Source: Candidatus Latescibacterota bacterium
Lineage (GTDB): Bacteria; Latescibacterota; UBA2968
NCBI GenBank assembly: GCA_965204745.1
Contig: OZ242010.1
Coordinates: 3,648,001-3,712,000, forward strand
Direction of reading: 5' to 3'
DNA: 64,000 nt
Shown: positions 40,299 through 50,215 of the stretch, in pieces
Layout of the letters: each line of letters opens with the position of its first letter
How positions within the stretch are numbered: the stretch's first letter is position 1
Program-made: the position numbers and the translations under genes
Notes under the pieces: generated by a model
What the model was told of the DNA's origin: nothing
The model's input: the letters and a program-made list of their open reading frames with translations, nothing else
Databases searched by the model: none

Positions 40299-41474
40299 AT
40301 GTCCATCCAACTGCCCATCTATCTCGACAACAACGCCACTACGCCCGTGGATGAATGGGTGCTCGCGGCGATGTTGCCCTATTTCAAGGATCGGTTTGGC
40401 AATGCGGCCAGCCGCACGCACGCCTTTGGGTGGGAGGCCGAGGACGCAGTCGATAGGGCGCGAGAACAAATTGCCAGCCTCATCAACGCACAGCCCAAAG
40501 ACATCGTCTTTACCAGCGGGGCCACGGAATCCGACAACCTCGCCATTAAAGGCGTGGTGGCCGCGGCGCGGTCCGCGCACCTCATCACGCAGGCAACCGA
40601 ACACCACGCCGTGCTCGATTCGTGCCGCGCAGTGGAACGCGCAGGCGTCTCGGTCACGGTCTTGCCCGTGGACTCGCATGGGATTGTGGATCCGCAGGAT
40701 GTTGCAAACGCCATCACAAAGCACACGGTTCTGGTCTCCATCATGGCGGGGAACAACGAAATTGGCACCTGTCAGGCGATAGGAGAAATCGGCGCGCTGT
40801 GTCGAGAAAAAGACATTTACTTTCACACGGATGCCGCGCAGGCCATTGGCAAAATTCCGCTCGACGTGGAAGCCATGCACATCGACCTGCTCTCCATTTC
40901 CGCGCACAAGTGCTATGGCCCCAAAGGCATGGGCGCGCTCTACGTGCGGAGTCGCCCGCGTGTGCGCTTGGTGGGGCAGGTGGATGGCGGCGGCCATGAA
41001 AAAGGCATGCGCTCGGGCACGCTCAACGTGCCGGGCATCGTGGGGCTTGGAAAAGCCTGCGCGCTCGCACAACAGCACCTCGCGGCGGACGCCGAACACT
41101 GCTGGAAATTGTGCCATCGCTTGCGCGATCAGCTCTTCAACGCGCTGGATCAACGCCAACTCAACGGCCACCCCAACCAGCGTTTGCCGGGCAATCTCAA
41201 CATCAGCTTTGCCGGCGCGGATGGCGAAAGCCTGCTGATGGGCTTGCGCGATGTGGCCCTCTCGTCTGGATCGGCGTGTACATCCGCGTCTCTGGAGCCG
41301 TCTTATGTGCTCAAAGCTATCGGCGTTGGCGACGAGATGGCGCGAAACAGCATCCGCTTTGGCATTGGCCGGTTCAATACCGAAGCCGAGATCGACTACG
41401 TCGCGGACCGCGTGATCCGAGAAGTCAACCGCCTCCGCGAAATCTCGCCGAATTACAAAAGCCACAAAAAATAA
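40299..41474 (+). CDS. iscS: IscS-subfamily cysteine desulfurase
   Basis: IYLDNNATTP, HTDAAQ, SAHKCYGPKG and SSGSACTS motifs. Confidence 0.93.
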   Translation: MSIQLPIYLDNNATTPVDEWVLAAMLPYFKDRFGNAASRTHAFGWEAEDAVDRAREQIASLINAQPKDIVFTSGATESDNLAIKGVVAAARSAHLITQATEHHAVLDSCRAVERAGVSVTVLPVDSHGIVDPQDVANAITKHTVLVSIMAGNNEIGTCQAIGEIGALCREKDIYFHTDAAQAIGKIPLDVEAMHIDLLSISAHKCYGPKGMGALYVRSRPRVRLVGQVDGGGHEKGMRSGTLNVPGIVGLGKACALAQQHLAADAEHCWKLCHRLRDQLFNALDQRQLNGHPNQRLPGNLNISFAGADGESLLMGLRDVALSSGSACTSASLEPSYVLKAIGVGDEMARNSIRFGIGRFNTEAEIDYVADRVIREVNRLREISPNYKSHKK

Positions 41475-41547
41475 AAAGCCATCAGCTCGTTTTGCTGATG
41501 GCTTGAAGCCGGAGATCGGGCGGCCTGACCACTGCATTTATCTTCGA

Positions 41548-41820
41548 ATGCGAATTAAGAGTTGAATCCATTGCGTACTTGTCTTTTTTTGGACCTACCC
41601 CCCTAACCCCCGTTACTCGCTACGCTTCGTTGTAGGCTACGCCTGTGCCTGCGAGGAAGGGGGGAATAACATCTCTCCGTTGCGGGGATGAACCGGAGGA
41701 GGGAACATCGTTTTTTTTAGACAAGTTCTAAGGGGCGATCCTATAATGGATGAGTCGTTCATGTCTTTGGACGATTGGTTGCGGCTTGCTTCTTACTCGC
41801 TTTCTACTCTTAATTCGCAT
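41548..41820 (+). mobile_element. MITE-like element with perfect TIRs
   Basis: (A)ATGCGAATTAAGAGT...ACTCTTAATTCGCAT(T), followed by TGACCACTGACC. Confidence 0.8.
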
Positions 41821-42170
41821 TGACCACTGACCGCTTGGGGTGCTGGGTAGCCCTCTTACGTCTTCCCTCTCCCGTCTCACTTGCGGAAGGGCGGTGCGGG
41901 GACTGACTACTGACTACTGACTACTGACTACTGACTACTTGGGGTGCTAGGCGGTCCTCTTGTATCTTTGGGCGAGCACGGGGGCATCGCCCCTACATAT
42001 ATATCGCTCACCTTTGAACTGGCTATCGCCAGTTGTACACCGCTCGTGCCTTCTGTGCCTTTTGTGGCTAAAATCCCGTCTTCCCTCTCCCGTCTCACTT
42101 GCGGAAGGGCGGCGCGGGGACTGACAACTGACAACTGACAACTGACAACTGACAACTGACAACTGACAAC
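41821..42170. repeat. Mosaic repeat region
   Basis: Inverted copies of the 53330-type unit, (ACTACTG)n, GTAG-REP, hairpin module and (ACTGACA)7. Confidence 0.85.
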
Positions 42171-43346
42171 GGCGTTGTTGCATAAATGTTGTCGTGGCTA
42201 AGTTCGTCCCTTTCCCGCGAAATTTAAGCCCTTCTTTCTATGGGATAGGACACGGGTTTCGCGATCCTCATCATGCGATTGAGCACCGCACATCCCAACC
42301 GTGCTTCCGTTTCTTGGTTCTTCTTTTTTCGTGCGCGCAACTGCCGCCCAATGAGTTGTTTGTAGCGGCCTATGTGGGTTTCAACGACCGAGCGACGATG
42401 ATAGCCACTGGTGCGTTTCCACTGTCGGCGGCCTTGACGCCGGATGGCTCGGATGATTTCATCGCGGGCGAGGGGGGGTGCCTTCCTGTTTCCGTGTTGT
42501 TCAATTTTGGCATCATGGCGCGGGGGAATCAGAGGTCGGATGGGGGCTCCTTGTTTGGGGGCGGCGCATGTGTTGAAGACCTTGCGTTTGTCATAGCCGC
42601 CATCGGCGCCCAGCGTATGGACAGGGGCCGGGACTTGATCGAGCAAGGGGTTGACCTGCGAAGCGTCATCAACGCTTGCCGAGGTCAGGGTCTGTGCGAC
42701 AATCTCCCCGGTGGCCTCATCGACGCCGATGTGCAATTTGCGCCAAGTCCGGCGCTTGCAAAAGCCGTGTTGACGCACCTTCCATTCGCCTTCGCCATAC
42801 ACTTTCAGGCCGGTAGAATCCACCACCAAGTGGATCGGCTCGTGACGGGATTGGACAGGTAAATCCACGTTCAAATCGCCCTGTCGCCGGCAGAGGGTCG
42901 TGTGATCGGGCACACGCAAATCCACCCCCATCAATGCCAGGATGGACTTGAGAAACCCCTCGGTTTGACGCAGGGGCAAGGCATAGACCAAGCGCACCAT
43001 CAATGCCGTTTGAATAGCCAAATCTGAAAAGGTGTTTTGCCGCCCCCGTTGCGTTGGCCCTTGATGGTACCAGTTCCGAAGGGCTTGCGGCGTGATCCAA
43101 AACGTCAGACTGCCCCGCTGCTTGAGACCGGCCTCGTAGGCCGCCCAGTTCCTAACCCGATAGACAGGCGCACAGCGCGGGCGACGCGGGGACTTGACGG
43201 CGGGTTTGGAAGCGGTTATCTTGGGCATGACAGGTTCCTGGTGAGAAAGGGTGAGTTGTTTTGGTGATCTATATGCCCAATCTACGAAGGAGCCTGTCTT
43301 TTTGCAATCCCAACTTGCAGGAAATTGCTATTTATGCAACAACGCC
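42171..43346 (-). mobile_element. Complete IS5-family (IS903-like) insertion sequence, 1176 bp
   Basis: 17-bp TIR GGCGTTGTTGCATAAAT at both ends; flanks consistent with a 9-bp duplication ACTGACAAC. Confidence 0.95.
42224..43228 (-). CDS. IS5-family DDE transposase
   Basis: VVDSTGLKVYGEGEW, RTWRKLH, ADGGYD and GYHRRSVVET motifs. Confidence 0.95.
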   Translation of the reverse strand: MPKITASKPAVKSPRRPRCAPVYRVRNWAAYEAGLKQRGSLTFWITPQALRNWYHQGPTQRGRQNTFSDLAIQTALMVRLVYALPLRQTEGFLKSILALMGVDLRVPDHTTLCRRQGDLNVDLPVQSRHEPIHLVVDSTGLKVYGEGEWKVRQHGFCKRRTWRKLHIGVDEATGEIVAQTLTSASVDDASQVNPLLDQVPAPVHTLGADGGYDKRKVFNTCAAPKQGAPIRPLIPPRHDAKIEQHGNRKAPPLARDEIIRAIRRQGRRQWKRTSGYHRRSVVETHIGRYKQLIGRQLRARKKKNQETEARLGCAVLNRMMRIAKPVSYPIERRA

Positions 43347-43405
43347 ACTGACAACTGACAACTGACAACTGACAACTGACAACTGACAACTGACAACTGA
43401 CCACT
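43347..43405 (+). repeat. (ACTGACA)n array, right flank of the IS
   Basis: About eight copies ending at the GGAG RBS. Confidence 0.95.
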
Positions 43406-43416
43406 GGAGCCTCTCT

Positions 43417-44409
43417 ATGCTACGCACCTGCGTCATCGGCCTCGGCCCAATCGGCAACCGGCACGCCGACATCTACGTCGAAAATGAACGCGCCGAACTC
43501 ATCGGCGTGTGCGACATTGACGAAACCCGCGCCAATGCCGCCGCCGCCCGCTTGGGCATAACCGCATTTTACAATGTTCAGAAAATGCTCGATGAATGCC
43601 GGCCCGATGTGGTCAGCGTGGCCACGGGCGGGTATGAATACAGCAGCGACCACTACGCGCCCACCATGCAAGCCCTCGAGGCGGGTTGCCACGTCTTAGG
43701 CGAAAAGCCCATCTCCAACAGCATTGCCCACGGCGGAGAAATGGTCGCCAAAGCCAAAGAAATGGGCGTGTGTTATGGCATTGACCTCAACCACCGCTTT
43801 ACCCCTGCGGCGCGCCTCGCCAAGAAGTGGGTGGACGAAGGCCGCTTGGGCCATCTGCTCTTTGTCAACATGGCGATGTGGATCATGAACCCGGCAGAGA
43901 GTTCGCCGTATTACCACCTCAAAGCCCTGCATCCGCACACGATTGACGTGATGCGCTATTTTTGCGGGGATGTGGAAGCGGTTCACTGTTTTGCCACCAA
44001 AGCGCCGGGGCGCGCGATCTGGTCGACCGCGCAGTTCAACATGCGGTTCACAAACGGCGTGGTCGGCTCGCTCACGGGCAGTTACGACATCGAGCGCGGC
44101 CATCCGATGGAACGTTGCGAAGTCGCAGGCACAGGCGGGCGGTTTGTCCTCGAAGACATGTGGCACGAACTCACCTTGTACCCGGCGGGCGAGTTGGAAA
44201 AAACCGTGTACACGGACCCGGCATTTGGCGGGTTTGGCGATTTTATCGACACGTTCCGAGACCGCATCGACACCTTTCTCCGCGAGGTCGGCGCCGGGGT
44301 CGCGCCCGAGGATATCGACGGCTCTGCCGAAGATGCCTTGGCCGCGCAAAAAGTCATTGCCGCAGCCATAGAATCGCTGGATGCGGAAACCGTTGTTTAC
44401 GTGAAATAG
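43417..44409 (+). CDS. Gfo/Idh/MocA oxidoreductase
   Basis: VIGLGPIG and HVLGEKP motifs. Confidence 0.92.
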   Translation: MLRTCVIGLGPIGNRHADIYVENERAELIGVCDIDETRANAAAARLGITAFYNVQKMLDECRPDVVSVATGGYEYSSDHYAPTMQALEAGCHVLGEKPISNSIAHGGEMVAKAKEMGVCYGIDLNHRFTPAARLAKKWVDEGRLGHLLFVNMAMWIMNPAESSPYYHLKALHPHTIDVMRYFCGDVEAVHCFATKAPGRAIWSTAQFNMRFTNGVVGSLTGSYDIERGHPMERCEVAGTGGRFVLEDMWHELTLYPAGELEKTVYTDPAFGGFGDFIDTFRDRIDTFLREVGAGVAPEDIDGSAEDALAAQKVIAAAIESLDAETVVYVK

Positions 44410-44417
44410 GAGTCATC

Positions 44418-45467
44418 ATGGACAAAGTTCACATCGGCGTCATCAGCCACGCGCACGGACACATCAACACCTATTGCGGTCAGATGCAGCAATTTGACGA
44501 CGTGGCACTCGTCGCCACCTGGGACGACAATGAAGACCGCGGGCGCGCCAATGCCGACAAATTCGGTTTGGAATTTCGCACGTCAGCAGACGCGGTGCTC
44601 AACGATCCCGACATCGACACGGTCATGATCGGCATCGAGACCAACCGGCATGCGGACTACGCGCAGATGGCCGCACAGGCGGGCAAAAACATCTTGCTTC
44701 AAAAACCCATGGCCACCACCCTCGAAGATTGCGACCGAATCATCGACGCGGTGAACGACTCGGGCGTCAAGTTCAGCATGGCCTTTCAGATGCGCCAGGA
44801 TCCGGTCAATCGCAAAATCAAAGCCCTGGTGGAGCGCGGCACAGTGGGCGAGATCGCGGTTGTTCGCCGGCGACATTGCATCCCGGTGTTGCTCAATCCC
44901 CGCTTTGCCACGAGCGCGTCCAAATGGCACCTCGACCCGGTCGCCAACATCGGCATGTATTTCGACGACGCCATCCACGCCGCGGACTGGTTCTACTGGA
45001 TCTTTGGCCGCCCGGTGTCCGTGATGGCCGAGATCGACAGCGTTGTGACGAATTTCGCGCCCGACGACAATGGCGTCGCGATTTTCCGGTTTGAAACCGG
45101 GATGATGGGCATTTTGTTCAACGGCTCGACCACGGTCGCAGGCGTCAACACCACGGAAATCTACGGGGACGAGGGCAGCATCATCCAAGACTACGGGGAC
45201 GCGCCTTCCACGTCTGCGCCGCGTGCCCAAGACGCTGTGCCGCTCAAGTACATCCGGCGCGGCGACGAGTGCTGGACCGAGTTCAAAATGGACATTCCCA
45301 GCGGGCAGGGCGAGCGCATCGCGGCCATTCCCCGGCCGTTCATCGACTACATCCGCGGCCTGAGCGACGAGCGCGTCTCTGCGGAAGATGGGCGCGTTTC
45401 CGTAGAAATGATCCTCGCCGCCTATCAATCGGCCAAAGACGGCCGCCGAATTTATTTTTCGGATTGA
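44418..45467 (+). CDS. Gfo/Idh/MocA oxidoreductase
   Basis: ILLQKPMA and DDAIHAAD motifs; AGGAG RBS. Confidence 0.9.
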   Translation: MDKVHIGVISHAHGHINTYCGQMQQFDDVALVATWDDNEDRGRANADKFGLEFRTSADAVLNDPDIDTVMIGIETNRHADYAQMAAQAGKNILLQKPMATTLEDCDRIIDAVNDSGVKFSMAFQMRQDPVNRKIKALVERGTVGEIAVVRRRHCIPVLLNPRFATSASKWHLDPVANIGMYFDDAIHAADWFYWIFGRPVSVMAEIDSVVTNFAPDDNGVAIFRFETGMMGILFNGSTTVAGVNTTEIYGDEGSIIQDYGDAPSTSAPRAQDAVPLKYIRRGDECWTEFKMDIPSGQGERIAAIPRPFIDYIRGLSDERVSAEDGRVSVEMILAAYQSAKDGRRIYFSD

Positions 45468-45554
45468 GAGGAGAGAAACGCGGAGAAATCGTCCGCATTG
45501 AAGCACGCCCGTAGTTTTGTTTTTCAACGCCAATCCTCATTCAAAGGACAACCC

Positions 45555-46199
45555 ATGCATCAAACCTATCCGGATCTCGACGCGTACAGGCGGGAGGTTT
45601 TCGCCCGTGAAGATGAGTTGCTCAAGGGCCTTATGCCCGCAGCGGTCGAACAGGGCATTCCGCGCATCTCCGTCAGCCCCGAAGCCGGGCAAACCCTGTA
45701 TTTGCTCGCCAAAGCCATCGGCGCGAAAAAAATCCTCGAATTTGGCGCGCTCGCCGGCTACTCGGGCATCTGGCTCGCCCGCGCCCTGCCCGCAGACGGT
45801 CGATTCATCACCTTGGAAATCGAACCCAAACACGCCGAAGTCACGCGGCGCAATTACGAAAACGCCGGGCTGTCAGCCCGAACAGAAGTGCGGTTGGGAG
45901 ACGGGGCAACCCTGATGAAAGACGCGGTGCAGGACGGCCCGTTTGACCTCGTCTTCATCGACGCAGACAAGGAAAACTATCCCACGTACCTCGACTTTGC
46001 CCTTGAAAACACGCGCCCGGGCGGCCTCATCATCGCCGACAATGCCAACGGGCACGGGCACGCGCACCGCGCACTTCCCAAAGGCGACGGTCGCCGCGGC
46101 ATCCAGGACTACAACCACCGAGTCGCCAACCATCCCAAACTCGTCTCCAACATCATCCCGGTCGGGGGCTGGCTCGCGGTCTCGCTCGTTTTGGAATGA
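45555..46199 (+). CDS. O-methyltransferase (caffeoyl-CoA/TrmR-like family)
   Basis: ILEFGALAGYS, FDLVFIDADKENY and ADN motifs. Confidence 0.9.
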   Translation: MHQTYPDLDAYRREVFAREDELLKGLMPAAVEQGIPRISVSPEAGQTLYLLAKAIGAKKILEFGALAGYSGIWLARALPADGRFITLEIEPKHAEVTRRNYENAGLSARTEVRLGDGATLMKDAVQDGPFDLVFIDADKENYPTYLDFALENTRPGGLIIADNANGHGHAHRALPKGDGRRGIQDYNHRVANHPKLVSNIIPVGGWLAVSLVLE

Positions 46200-46246
46200 A
46201 TGGTAGGGACATGGCCCCGTGCTCACCCGAAGAAAGGAGGTCGCGC

Positions 46247-46717
46247 ATGGCGTTTGAAGCGCGGATCGAAGGCATCTTTATCGACAGCCAATTTGAAGAG
46301 CAAGTCGTCATGCTCAAAGAAAAGGATGGGCACCGCCGCGTGCCCATCTGGATTCAAATGGGCGAAATGCTCGCGCTCGCCCTTCAGTTGGCCGGCACTG
46401 AACCCCCGCGGCCGTTTGCACACGACTTGATCCGCACGGTCCTCCGCAACCTGCAAGCGCGTGTTCGCCATGTGGTCATCGCGGATATCGTCGATCACAT
46501 CTACCACGCGCGCGTGTCTCTCACAGCGCCCGAAACCCCTTTGGACGTTGACGCCCGGCCGAGCGACGCGATCTTGCTGGCACTCAAATTCGACGCGCCC
46601 ATTTACGTCGCCAATCGGGTCGCAGACAAGAACGCCGCACGCGACTACTCGCCCGAACTCCTGCAACAACGGCTACAACAACTGCGCCCGGAAGATTTTA
46701 TCAACTTCGTCCGATGA
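46247..46717 (+). CDS. Bifunctional nuclease family (DUF151)
   Basis: PIWI, PPRPFAHDL and DARPSDAILLA motifs; AAGGAGG RBS. Confidence 0.9.
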   Translation: MAFEARIEGIFIDSQFEEQVVMLKEKDGHRRVPIWIQMGEMLALALQLAGTEPPRPFAHDLIRTVLRNLQARVRHVVIADIVDHIYHARVSLTAPETPLDVDARPSDAILLALKFDAPIYVANRVADKNAARDYSPELLQQRLQQLRPEDFINFVR

Positions 46718-47925
46718 AAAAATTACCCATACTCCTGCTTTGCCTCTGCATTCAGGCGTCCGCAGAGCGAGCCGGTCGAGAATTGCCCGCACGCCATAAA
46801 ATCGGCATCATCGCCCCGTTGGGCACGCCACACGGCGAAGCCCTACGCAACGGCATTTTGATCGCCCGCGACCACACCCCCCTCGCAGAACCGGTCGGCT
46901 TGGTATTTGAAGACTCTGAAGGCGATCCCATTCGCGCAGTGCGCGCCGCGCAACGCCTCGTTGAAGACCGCGAGGTCATCGCGATCATCGGCGCGCTCAC
47001 CAGCGCGGAAACCACGCCTATCGCGGCCCTGCTCGGCGTGCAAGAAATGCCCTTGGTGGCCCCAACCGCGTCAGACGACGGCATTGCCTCGCTCAGCCCG
47101 TACATTTTTCAAGTCAACGCCACCCCCGGCGCGCAGGGCCGCCGCATCGCAGAACACGCTGTACGCGAACAGGGCTTGCGAACACTGGCAACCCTCGCGT
47201 CTCGAGATGGGTATGGCAGGCGCATCGCCCGCGAATTTACGACCAAAGCCGAGGATCTCGGCGCCGAGGTCCTCATCCAAGAATGGTACGAGCCGGGCAC
47301 GACGGACTATCGCCGCCAATTCGAGCGCATTCGCAGCATGGGCTTGGCACTGCGTCCGCCCGCTGACCTCGCTTCGGAAATTGACGCTTTGATCCTCGGC
47401 GATTTGTACGTCGCACCGCCCCTGGTCGAGGTCGATCCGGATACGGCCCAAGCCGACGTGGTCGAGACCTTAGACGGCATTCTCATCGCGGGCGATGATG
47501 CGGACATCTTGCTCATCGCCCCGCAATTTCACTCCGCACTGGTCGCTTCCCAAGTGCTCGGCAGCGATGGTTGGAACCACGCCGAAGTCGCGCGAGATGG
47601 CGGCACTTACGTGGAGGGCGCGGTTTTTGTCGGCAAATACTACGAACAAAGTCCCCTCGAATCCGTGCAATTTTTCGTCAACGCGTACCGCTCGCGCTTT
47701 GGCACGGACCAAAATATCGTCTCGGCCCTCGGGCACGACGCCATGCTGTCAATCCTGCACGGCATCAACGCAGGCGGCACCACCCGCGCCCTCCTGCGCG
47801 ACCGCCTCGAAACCCTGACCGACCTCCCCGGCGCAACCGGCAAAATCTCCTTTGCCCCAGGCAATCGAGAAAATGGCTGGCTACACATGCTCACCATCCG
47901 GAAGGGGAAAATAGAACTGTATTGA
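46714..47925 (+). CDS. Periplasmic binding protein type 1 (LivJ/LpoA-like)
   Basis: Signal peptide; KIGIIAPL, FEDSEGDP, IIGAL and GATGKISF motifs. Confidence 0.8.
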   Translation: MKKLPILLLCLCIQASAERAGRELPARHKIGIIAPLGTPHGEALRNGILIARDHTPLAEPVGLVFEDSEGDPIRAVRAAQRLVEDREVIAIIGALTSAETTPIAALLGVQEMPLVAPTASDDGIASLSPYIFQVNATPGAQGRRIAEHAVREQGLRTLATLASRDGYGRRIAREFTTKAEDLGAEVLIQEWYEPGTTDYRRQFERIRSMGLALRPPADLASEIDALILGDLYVAPPLVEVDPDTAQADVVETLDGILIAGDDADILLIAPQFHSALVASQVLGSDGWNHAEVARDGGTYVEGAVFVGKYYEQSPLESVQFFVNAYRSRFGTDQNIVSALGHDAMLSILHGINAGGTTRALLRDRLETLTDLPGATGKISFAPGNRENGWLHMLTIRKGKIELY

Positions 47926-47993
47926 GGCGAAAGAGGCGAGAATAGAAGGGCGCGGCCCCGTGTGGTCATCACCCATAACATCGAGGAGAGGCA

Positions 47994-48344
47994 ATGATCA
48001 ATTTTTACACATGGAGCAGATGAAGCACCTGTCGCAAGGTGAAAGCGTGGCTTTCGCGAGAAGGTGTGGAGGTGGTGGAGCGGGACTTTTTTCGGGATGG
48101 ATTTACAGAGTCAGAGCTTCGAGCTTTGCTCGGGGACATGCCGCCGGGCGACGTCTTCTCGTGGCGCAGTCCGTCTGCGCGTGCGCTGAACCTCGACCGC
48201 GATGCGGTGTCCGCAGATGAACTGATTCGCCTGATGGTGGAACAACCTCGCCTGATCCGCCGGCCCTTGATCCGCGCAGGCGGGCGCCTGATGGTGGGCA
48301 CGGACAAGGCGGCGATGGCAGAGGTCTTTCCCGGTTTCGCGTGA
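47994..48344 (+). CDS. ArsC/Spx/MgsR-family selenoprotein, UxxC, in-frame UGA at 48021-48023
   Basis: GAGGAG RBS; MINFYTWSR(U)STCRKVKAWL..ERDFF..PRLIRRP; the UGA is at the first Cys of the family CSTCRK motif. Confidence 0.85.
48039..48057 (+). promoter_or_regulatory. Putative bacterial SECIS element
   Basis: GTGAAAGC-GTG-GCTTTCGC hairpin, loop about 24 nt 3' of the UGA. Confidence 0.6.
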
Positions 48345-48371
48345 TGCGCTTGCAAAAAAAGGATTTTGCCG

Positions 48372-50069
48372 ATGAATTTCACCGCCAACAACAACACGTT
48401 TCGCCAGTTGATGGGCAATGGCCTGAGTTATCGCGTGCCGCAATTTCAACGCGATTATTCCTGGGGCCCGGACGAATGGGACGATCTGTGGCAAGACATG
48501 GTCGGGCTGTTTGGCGAAGACCCGGAACCCGCGCATTACATGGGCTACTTGGTGTTGCAATCGTCCGACAACCGGGCGTTCGACATCATCGACGGACAGC
48601 AACGCATGACAACGCTGAGCTTGTTGATGCTGGCGGCAGTGGCGCATCTGAAAGACTTGGCAGTGCCGAATGACCCCAATGATCCGCAACACCGACGCGC
48701 AGAACAACTGCGAAACAATTACATCGGGTACCTCGATCCGGTGACGCTGGTGCCGCGCTCCAAGTTGACGCTGAACCGGCACAACGACCGCTTTTACCAG
48801 AATTACCTCGTGCCCCTTGAGCACCTGCCGCAAAGGGGGCTGAATGCTTCGGAACGCCTATTGCGAAGGGCGTTTCAGTGGTTTGGGGAACGCATCGTGG
48901 CATACGCGGGAAATGATGGCGAAGCGGTGGCGCGCTTTGTCGATAGCGCCGTTGATAAGTTGTTTTTTACGGTGATCACGGTGACGGACGAGTTGAATGC
49001 GTTCAAGGTCTTCGAGACCCTGAATGCGCGGGGCGTGCGCCTGTCTGCCACCGATTTGTTGAAAAACTACCTGTTTTCCATGGTCTCGAGGGACGGCGTA
49101 CACGAATCGGAAATCGAGGCATTAGAAGAACGCTGGGAGAGCATCGTCGGGCTGTTGGGCAGTGAGCGTTTTCCCGAGTTTTTGCGCGTCTATTGGAACA
49201 GCCACAATAGGTTGGTCCGCAAGGCCGATTTGTTCAAAACCATCCGCAATGCGATCCGCGACAAGTCCCAAGCCTTTGCCTTGATCCGCGCGATGGACCG
49301 GCATGCACGGGTGTACGCGGCATTGCGAAACCCAGAAGACGATTCGTGGACAGCCGCAGAGCGCGACAGCCTATCCCAGTTGCTTATGTTCGACGTGCGC
49401 CAGCCCTTGGCCTTATTGCTGGCGGCCTTTGATCGATTCGCCGAAGACGACAGGGCCGGCCTCGGGCGTTTTCTTCGGGCTATTGCCGTGGTGTCTTTCC
49501 GCTACAACGCGATCTGCGGTTACCCGAGCAACGAGCAAGAGACGATGTACAACCGCATCGCACGCAACATATCAACGGGCCAGATCGCCAATGCGACCGC
49601 CGCCATTGCGGAACTGAGGCCGGTTTATCCCGATGACGCAAAATTTAAGGCCGCGTTCGCCGACAAGGTGTTGCGAACCACCAGCAGTCGCGACAAAAAG
49701 GTGGCGCGCTTCATCCTGTTCCGACTCGAGGAGCAGTTGTCCGGCAATCGCTTTGATATTGAGAGCGCGAAATACAACATCGAGCATGTGTTGCCAGAAA
49801 GCCCCGGCAACGGCTGGGACCAATTCGACGATCAGCAACGCGATGCGTTCACCCATCGTTTGGGCAACCTGACGCTTTTGGCAACAGCGGATAATCGCAC
49901 CTTGGGAAATACCTCCTTTTTAGAAAAGCGTCCCATTTACCAAAAAAGCCAATTTGCCATCACGCGCAAATTGGCTGAAAATTTCGATGCCTGGACCGCA
50001 GAAAAAATTCGTTCACACCAGACCTGGATGGGCAAACAAGCCACGGCCATCTGGCGCGTCAATTTCTGA
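48372..50069 (+). CDS. GmrSD-like DUF262 + DUF1524 (HNH) protein, putative type IV restriction enzyme
   Basis: VPQFQRDYSW, IDGQQR, FETLNARG and IEHVLP..LGNLTLL..N motifs. Confidence 0.9.
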   Translation: MNFTANNNTFRQLMGNGLSYRVPQFQRDYSWGPDEWDDLWQDMVGLFGEDPEPAHYMGYLVLQSSDNRAFDIIDGQQRMTTLSLLMLAAVAHLKDLAVPNDPNDPQHRRAEQLRNNYIGYLDPVTLVPRSKLTLNRHNDRFYQNYLVPLEHLPQRGLNASERLLRRAFQWFGERIVAYAGNDGEAVARFVDSAVDKLFFTVITVTDELNAFKVFETLNARGVRLSATDLLKNYLFSMVSRDGVHESEIEALEERWESIVGLLGSERFPEFLRVYWNSHNRLVRKADLFKTIRNAIRDKSQAFALIRAMDRHARVYAALRNPEDDSWTAAERDSLSQLLMFDVRQPLALLLAAFDRFAEDDRAGLGRFLRAIAVVSFRYNAICGYPSNEQETMYNRIARNISTGQIANATAAIAELRPVYPDDAKFKAAFADKVLRTTSSRDKKVARFILFRLEEQLSGNRFDIESAKYNIEHVLPESPGNGWDQFDDQQRDAFTHRLGNLTLLATADNRTLGNTSFLEKRPIYQKSQFAITRKLAENFDAWTAEKIRSHQTWMGKQATAIWRVNF

Positions 50070-50100
50070 TAGGGAAGTGATGTCTAGCCAAACCGAGTTG

Positions 50101-50160
50101 TCAACGTTTGAGCCGCTGGTATTCCCGACGCGCTTCCATCAGGGAAGGCGGCACAGATCC
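50101..50160 (-). pseudogene. 3' remnant of the ATPase partner gene
   Basis: SVPPSLMEARREYQRLKR* resembles the C-terminus of the VLLCED-type small partner proteins. Confidence 0.5.
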
Positions 50161-50188
50161 TCAAATTACCGAGCACTCGGTAATTTGA
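50161..50188. promoter_or_regulatory. Palindrome with perfect 13-bp arms (operator or recombination site?)
   Basis: TCAAATTACCGAG-CA-CTCGGTAATTTGA at the insertion boundary. Confidence 0.5.
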
Positions 50189-50215
50189 ATCACTCACTTT
50201 TCATGGAGGTGTATC

